A stretch of 32,000 nucleotides of DNA from Promethearchaeota archaeon (GTDB lineage Archaea; Asgardarchaeota; Lokiarchaeia; Sigyniarchaeales; Promethearchaeaceae), in contig JAFGBS010000009.1 of the NCBI GenBank assembly GCA_016933055.1, positions 90,001 to 122,000 of the forward strand, read 5' to 3'. The notes beneath the pieces are model-generated. The model searched no databases, was not told where the DNA came from, and worked only from the letters and a program-made list of their open reading frames with translations. Both the position numbers and the translations under genes were made by a program. This document shows positions 26,874-32,000 of the stretch, in pieces. Each line of letters begins with the position of its first letter. The first letter of the stretch is position 1.

Positions 26874-27374
26874 ATGCAAAAAGAAAATGAAATAACAGAG
26901 CGCAGCAAAAAGATGATTGATAGCTTTAATGCAATCATTGGAATGGAATTGAGTAAATTCACGATTTCACCCCCTTTTACTCAATGGCTAAATGGTAAAA
27001 TTCTTAACGCTTCCTATAGAAAATTGGAGGTAGAATTCAAAATTCGTTCCGAAATGGCGAATCCTACAGGACTTTTACATGGGGGCGTACAGTCTGCGAT
27101 GCTGGATGATGTTATTGGTATGACTACTGCCACTTTAGGATTGGGTGGGTTTCTAATCACTATCGATTTCCATGTTGATTTTTTGGGTAAGGCAAAAGTA
27201 GGAGAAAAAGTAATCGTCGAATCAGAAATAACTCGAGATGGGAAACGGATCGCCCATGCGGAAGCAACCATTCGAAATTCTGAAGGTGTACTCATAGCAA
27301 CAGCCAGTTCCAATCTTCTTAAAACGCAATATAAGCCTGATTATGTGAAAAAGGTTGATTCCAACCAATTATAA
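26874..27374 (+). CDS. PaaI-family hotdog-fold thioesterase
   Basis: NPTGLLHGGVQSAMLDD, TIDFHVDFL and GKRIAHAE. GAGGTG at 26862-26867 favours ATG 26874. Confidence 0.9.
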   Translation: MQKENEITERSKKMIDSFNAIIGMELSKFTISPPFTQWLNGKILNASYRKLEVEFKIRSEMANPTGLLHGGVQSAMLDDVIGMTTATLGLGGFLITIDFHVDFLGKAKVGEKVIVESEITRDGKRIAHAEATIRNSEGVLIATASSNLLKTQYKPDYVKKVDSNQL

Positions 27375-27682
27375 ATGAATTTTTTTCAAATTTTTACATC
27401 TAATATGCGTCCTTTTTTGTTGACCGGATTAACACAATAGTAAGGGTTTGGGAATTTTAATGATCAACTTATCAAGACGAAAGGGCAGAGATCGTTCTGA
27501 TTCTTGATATATTCAAGCCATTCTTCACAATCTGCAACGTGTTGTGTTTATTAAACAAAATAATATGGAACAGGGAATTCATTTTTTCCGAGATAGAGTT
27601 CCTAATTTTTAATTCCGTTTTCTTATTTTTTCTTCTTATTTACAATGGTTTTATATTAATTTGGGGAACTTCATGACCGCTT

Positions 27683-28684
27683 ATGGGTCTTATTTTTAAA
27701 AAAACACATCCTGAAATATTCCAAGGGACTATAAGAAAGAGGTTCTATTTTGAGGGGTGGTATTTTAAAATAGTTGACGCGACTGGGGAAAACATATTTG
27801 CATTAATCCCAGGAGTAGCCCTAAATAAGAAGCTGAATTCCTCTCATGCATTTATTCAAATTTTGAATGGAAAAACCGCTGAATATAATTATTTACGATT
27901 TCCTCTTTCGGAGTTCTATGCTGAAAAAGACAAGTTTATGATTACTGTGGGGAATAATCAATTTTCTCGAAATGACATACATTTAGATATCGATTCCCCA
28001 ATCCCGATCAAAGGGGATCTAGAATTTTCAGATTTCACTCTGTTAGAACGTAGTATCATTAATCCAGGAGTCATGGGTCCATTTACTTGGCTGCCATTCA
28101 TGGAGACTAAGCACGGAGTACTTAGTATGAACCACACTATTCAGGGAATATTGCAAATTCAAGATAAAAATATCAATTTTTCGAATGGAAAAGGGTATAT
28201 TGAAAAAGATTGGGGCACTTCCTTTCCATCCAATTGGATCTGGATGCAGAGTAATCATTTTAATGATGCTAATAAATCGTTCATGTTTTCTATGGCAAAA
28301 ATTCGGTATTTGGGATGGAAATTTACGGGATTTTTGGGAGTATTATCGACTACTGATGAAATTATCCGATTTGGAACGTATACTAGAGCTAAAATCCACA
28401 ACTTGGTAATTACTCCTACTTCCATTACATTTGAGATTCGTACCAAAAGAGATATCCTAAAAATTACCGCACAAAAAAGCATGGATGCAACGGGTTCGAG
28501 TAAAACTGCTCAAATGCTTGCACCAGAGAGGGGTGAAATGAGTGCAAAATGCCTGGAAAGCATTTCTTCTACTATTCATATAACTCATTCTAAAATACAT
28601 CACGGAAAGAAAGAGATCGTATTTGAAGATATTGGGGTAAATTCTGGCCTTGAGATAATGGGAACTAGGGACGACTTTTTCTGA
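27683..28684 (+). CDS. Tocopherol cyclase family protein
   Basis: YFEGWYFK, MGPFTWLPFMETKHG and GYIEKDWGTSFPSNWIWMQSNHF. Confidence 0.85.
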   Translation: MGLIFKKTHPEIFQGTIRKRFYFEGWYFKIVDATGENIFALIPGVALNKKLNSSHAFIQILNGKTAEYNYLRFPLSEFYAEKDKFMITVGNNQFSRNDIHLDIDSPIPIKGDLEFSDFTLLERSIINPGVMGPFTWLPFMETKHGVLSMNHTIQGILQIQDKNINFSNGKGYIEKDWGTSFPSNWIWMQSNHFNDANKSFMFSMAKIRYLGWKFTGFLGVLSTTDEIIRFGTYTRAKIHNLVITPTSITFEIRTKRDILKITAQKSMDATGSSKTAQMLAPERGEMSAKCLESISSTIHITHSKIHHGKKEIVFEDIGVNSGLEIMGTRDDFF

Positions 28685-28724
28685 TAGAAACAAACTTTTT
28701 ATTCTTTTTGTGAGACATAGAGCT

Positions 28725-29528
28725 ATGCCTATTTTAGGAATTGAGTATGGTAACTGCATTAATTGCAAGAAATGCATTACACAATGTGTCGGGAAATTCT
28801 GGGATAAAGGGGATAAGGTAATCTTTGATGATAAATGGCGAGATTGCATATTATGTGGGCATTGTATTGCAGTATGTCCTACAGATGCTATATTATACGA
28901 GAACATGGGTAGTGAACCGTATGCATTCGAGGGGATCAAAAATATTCCGGACTATATTCCTTATGACATTGTATTTAATTTCATGAACTCCATTCGAAGT
29001 ACTCGTCAATATAAAAAGGTAAAAGTGCCGGAAGAACTGCTTAGAAAAGTAGTTCGTGCAATGCAGATCGCACCTACTGGCTCAAATATACGGGATCAAA
29101 AATTTATGGTGATTACCGACCCTGAATTAATAAAAACTCTCGGAGAAGCGGTTCTTAATGAACGTATGAAGTTAGTAGCTGATGATCCTGTGGTTACAGA
29201 ACAAAGGAAGATTTCTGCAGAGCGATGGGAGGTTCCCTTATATCATGATGCTCCTGCCCTAATTATTATGTATTGTTCGAGTAGTAATTCGATTGACCGA
29301 TACAATATAGGTATTGCAATTACGTATGGAAGGCTTGCTGCTCATTCTCTTGGCCTTGCTACTTGCTGGAATGGATACACAACAGGGATTTTTGAACAAC
29401 ATAAAGACATCGTAAAAATCGCAGGAGTTCGAGGAAAAAGCTGGGGTGTTCTGGAAGTGGGATATCCAGCAGTACAATATGAACGCATCCCCCCCCGACC
29501 TGAAAAAAAAATAAAAGGATTGGATTAA
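28725..29528 (+). CDS. Nitroreductase family protein with an N-terminal 2x[4Fe-4S] ferredoxin domain
   Basis: CINCKKCITQC and CILCGHCIAVCP, then RSTRQYK, APTGSN and GLATCWNG. ATG 28725 is preferred over GTG 28710. Confidence 0.9.
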   Translation: MPILGIEYGNCINCKKCITQCVGKFWDKGDKVIFDDKWRDCILCGHCIAVCPTDAILYENMGSEPYAFEGIKNIPDYIPYDIVFNFMNSIRSTRQYKKVKVPEELLRKVVRAMQIAPTGSNIRDQKFMVITDPELIKTLGEAVLNERMKLVADDPVVTEQRKISAERWEVPLYHDAPALIIMYCSSSNSIDRYNIGIAITYGRLAAHSLGLATCWNGYTTGIFEQHKDIVKIAGVRGKSWGVLEVGYPAVQYERIPPRPEKKIKGLD

Positions 29529-30988
29529 GAGTTCGGTTTAATCCATCCCCGTAAATTTATTTTCATCGATTGTCTCATACATTCGAGTTTTTTTTGTAAA
29601 ACCTCAAATTTTTCTGGATGATGGGTTTTCTGGTCATATGCTTCACTTTGGTCTTTTTCTAAATCGAACACCATAGGCCGCAGTTTTATGTAAAAGAACG
29701 TGTTAATATCCGAATAGTGATTGATATGGTACTTGAATTGTCTATCTCTCACCGCAAGCAATCTCTTTCCCCAAAAATAATAAAAATATTTGGTAGGACT
29801 GACGGAACTCCCTCCAGTAAGTAGTGGCATGATGTTTTCACCATCTATAATTCTATCCCGAGGAAAAGGAAGATTCAAATAAGTCAAAATCGAGGGAAAA
29901 ATATCCAGATTGGATGCAACTGCGTTTAAAGTTCTTCCTTTAGGTATTTGATTATTCCAACATGCTATGAAGGGTACTCGTTGACCACCTTCAAAACATT
30001 GACTTTTTCTTCCACGCAATCCGCTTCCAAAACCATTCGTGCACCCCTCATGCCATGGCCCATTATCTGATGCAAAAAATATAAGTGTATTTTCATACAT
30101 TCCCTCCTCTTTGAGAGTTTTTATTATTTCTCCGACGGACCAATCTAACTCCTGAACTGCATCCCCGTACAACCCTGCTTCCGAGGAACCTCGAAAATCT
30201 TCCGAAGCATGGAGGGGATCGTGAGGAAATGGTTGACAATAATGCAAGAACATTGGTTTCTTTTCTTTCTTACAGGTCTTAATAAATTCAATTCCTTTTT
30301 CGGTGAGTTTTTTTGTGAGAGTATTTTGATCTACGGGAGAGGGTATCTCAATCTCTTTATTTAACCACAGATCATACGGTTCCATGTCGTTGCTATAAAG
30401 GGCACCATAAAAAAATTCAAAACCTTTGTCATTCGGAAGATGGGGGCTATGATTTCCAAGATGCCATTTTCCCAATAAGCCTGTTTTATAGCCTATCTTT
30501 CCCAAGACTTCTGAAATGGTGATCTCGTCTTTAGGTAGACCTTTTACACCGTATCTCCACCACCCAATCCATGTTAAAACTCTATTCCAAAAAGTTTTTT
30601 CTGGGAAAAACACATGCGGTGTTAAACACCGGTTTGGATATCTTCCAGTAAGCAATCCTGCTCGAGATGGCGTACAAAGGGGAGCAGATGTATAGAATTG
30701 CGTGAAAGTTACACCATTCTCTGCCAGATTATCGATATTGGGGGTTCTTATCGTTGTAGCACCAAATTTAGATATATCCCCATACCCAAGATCATCACAG
30801 AGAATGATGAGAATATTGGGTTTATCCACAATGTCGGCATTTTCAATCGATTCAAGATACTCTCTGTGTTCTTTTAAGTGTAATTGCTGACGCTGTCGAT
30901 TTATCAATTGTTGTAAAGTATAATAATATATAATGTATAGTGTGATAATAACTCCTATTGAGATTAATGCAATCCAACCACCTTTCAT
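29525..30988 (-). CDS. Cys-type (formylglycine) arylsulfatase with an N-terminal membrane anchor
   Basis: PNILIILCDDLGYGD, LCTPSRAGLLTGRY, GKWHLG and SDNG. ATG 30988 (MKGGWIALI...) is preferred over 31093, which overlaps the next gene. Confidence 0.92.
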   Translation of the reverse strand: MKGGWIALISIGVIITLYIIYYYTLQQLINRQRQQLHLKEHREYLESIENADIVDKPNILIILCDDLGYGDISKFGATTIRTPNIDNLAENGVTFTQFYTSAPLCTPSRAGLLTGRYPNRCLTPHVFFPEKTFWNRVLTWIGWWRYGVKGLPKDEITISEVLGKIGYKTGLLGKWHLGNHSPHLPNDKGFEFFYGALYSNDMEPYDLWLNKEIEIPSPVDQNTLTKKLTEKGIEFIKTCKKEKKPMFLHYCQPFPHDPLHASEDFRGSSEAGLYGDAVQELDWSVGEIIKTLKEEGMYENTLIFFASDNGPWHEGCTNGFGSGLRGRKSQCFEGGQRVPFIACWNNQIPKGRTLNAVASNLDIFPSILTYLNLPFPRDRIIDGENIMPLLTGGSSVSPTKYFYYFWGKRLLAVRDRQFKYHINHYSDINTFFYIKLRPMVFDLEKDQSEAYDQKTHHPEKFEVLQKKLECMRQSMKINLRGWIKPNS

Positions 30989-31076
30989 GTTATTTCCCAA
31001 TAGAACTTTGATGTTCGGATTTAAAATTTTATTTGATTCAATTATTCTAAAAACAGAGGATTGCTTCAGAATTGAA

Positions 31077-32000
31077 TTAACTATATTTTCCATAATTATG
31101 TGTTGCGCGGATGAATGTGGTTACATTTTCCAGTGGAATTCCCTTATACATCACGGTACTCGGCCCAATAATGAAATGACGATTTTGTTTTAATGCATCC
31201 ATAAGATCTTTTACATGTGCTATCACCTCACTAGCTGTGCCAAATGGAAGTACTTGGGATACGTCCCCAAATCCGATTACCACAAAATCGGGGAAATTTT
31301 CATTAATAAACGCAGGATCCGTCCCCCCCTCCCATCCTTGCAGTCCTAAAAATCCTGCTTCTTGAAACAAAGAAACTAATTGGGTCACATCCCCGTCGGT
31401 ATGCACTTGGGGAATCAGATTCGCATCCGATATCATTGCGGTGATTTTTTTGTAATAGGAAAGATAATCTTCCCTCCAGCGAGTGGGAGATATCATAGAT
31501 CGACCTTTGTATGCAACATCATCTAATAGGGTAATAACTTTAATTTTACATTTTTTTCCCAAAGATAAAATGGCATCAATAATCCCTTGTGTGTTAATCT
31601 CTGCAATTTCTGCGTAGAATCGCACTAGTTCCCGATAGAGTTTGGTATTCTTTTTAAAATGTCGGGAAAACAGTTCCATACCCATTGCTCGCCAGACCCT
31701 GTCAAATATCCCCTCAACTTGTAATATCGGATAGACAAAATTGGATATAGCATTATATTGTCTAAACAATTCACGATTTCCAATGACCATATTTCTAACT
31801 TTCATATTAGATCGTAATCGATCGAGTACTTCTAGTGAATCCACGTATCCTCTTTTATAATACCCACCTGATTGGAATTCTTGACCGGATTCTCCTATCA
31901 GTGTACTTTTTCCATGGTTATCCTGAACTTTAATCCGTTTAATCCGTACACTCGGGATAGTAGATGCAAAAAAGGAGTCGAATCCTATCAACGCTGGCAT
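31077..32000 (-). CDS. Uroporphyrinogen decarboxylase/MtaA-like TIM-barrel protein (5' end possibly outside the window)
   Basis: DDVAYKGRSMISP, QVHTDGDV..L...F.EAG, G.GD and IP.EN. Confidence 0.75.
   Translation of the reverse strand: MPALIGFDSFFASTIPSVRIKRIKVQDNHGKSTLIGESGQEFQSGGYYKRGYVDSLEVLDRLRSNMKVRNMVIGNRELFRQYNAISNFVYPILQVEGIFDRVWRAMGMELFSRHFKKNTKLYRELVRFYAEIAEINTQGIIDAILSLGKKCKIKVITLLDDVAYKGRSMISPTRWREDYLSYYKKITAMISDANLIPQVHTDGDVTQLVSLFQEAGFLGLQGWEGGTDPAFINENFPDFVVIGFGDVSQVLPFGTASEVIAHVKDLMDALKQNRHFIIGPSTVMYKGIPLENVTTFIRATHNYGKYS

Noticed and set aside
27386-27645. Minus-strand protein-like frame (ELYLGKNEFPVPYYFV**TQHVADCEEWLEYIKNQNDLCPFVLIS*SLKFPNPYYC...) as a pseudogene
   Set aside because: It has several stops, no start codon and no recognisable family. 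It could be a decayed gene but cannot be supported without a tBLASTx search.
28457-28939. 160-aa minus-strand ORF with several Cys/His
   Set aside because: It is antisense to the well-supported cyclase and nitroreductase genes and has no motif. The other short nested ORFs in the track were rejected for the same reason.
30989-31093. 35-aa N-terminal extension of the sulfatase in the ORF track
   Set aside because: It overlaps the UroD-like gene and would bury the TM anchor. ATG 30988 gives a normal N-terminus.
1-32000. Hidden selenoproteins (TGA read-through) or tRNA-Sec, prompted by selB
   Set aside because: The TGA-ending genes I checked (10761, 19117, 28684) hit another stop within a few to about 20 codons and show no homologous continuation. 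No CDS looks truncated at a catalytic Cys position, and I saw no tRNA cloverleaf. This was a manual scan only.
1-32000. CRISPR array, IS element, prophage or DGR
   Set aside because: I saw no regularly spaced DNA repeats and no transposase, integrase, reverse transcriptase or capsid motifs. The only repeats found are degenerate and at the protein level.

Overview
AT-rich, gene-dense archaeal DNA that reads as Asgard, most likely Lokiarchaeia (Promethearchaeota). The evidence is a Loki-CTERM-like tail, a Roadblock/LC7 protein, a 7TM protein with a longin-like C-terminal domain, Asgard-type Ig-like surface repeats and an archaeal/eukaryote-type SelB. About 30 CDS are present, with no rRNA, tRNA, CRISPR array, transposase or phage structural gene seen. 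The main content is a NUDIX-selB operon, a double-zinc-ribbon/CdvA-like coiled-coil protein, an ectodomain-MOP flippase fusion, a U32 Fe-S hydroxylase and an orphan MT-A70 methyltransferase. There is also an amide/ester hydrolase cluster (M20, alpha/beta hydrolase, C45, GPH transporter, HDAC-like), two IT-superfamily permease paralogs split by a PD-(D/E)xK nuclease, and a 7-blade propeller plus Ig surface protein. The window ends with PaaI, tocopherol cyclase-like, Fe-S nitroreductase, sulfatase and UroD-like genes. The apparently empty gap at 3714-4328 hides two genes missing from the ORF track: a very basic 120-aa C2CH (C-x4-C-x35-C-x2-H) zinc-finger protein with no ATG/GTG/TTG start (probable AUU start behind a GGUGA Shine-Dalgarno), and a 42-aa single-pass membrane protein. 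All family assignments are from motifs recognised by eye, without database searches.
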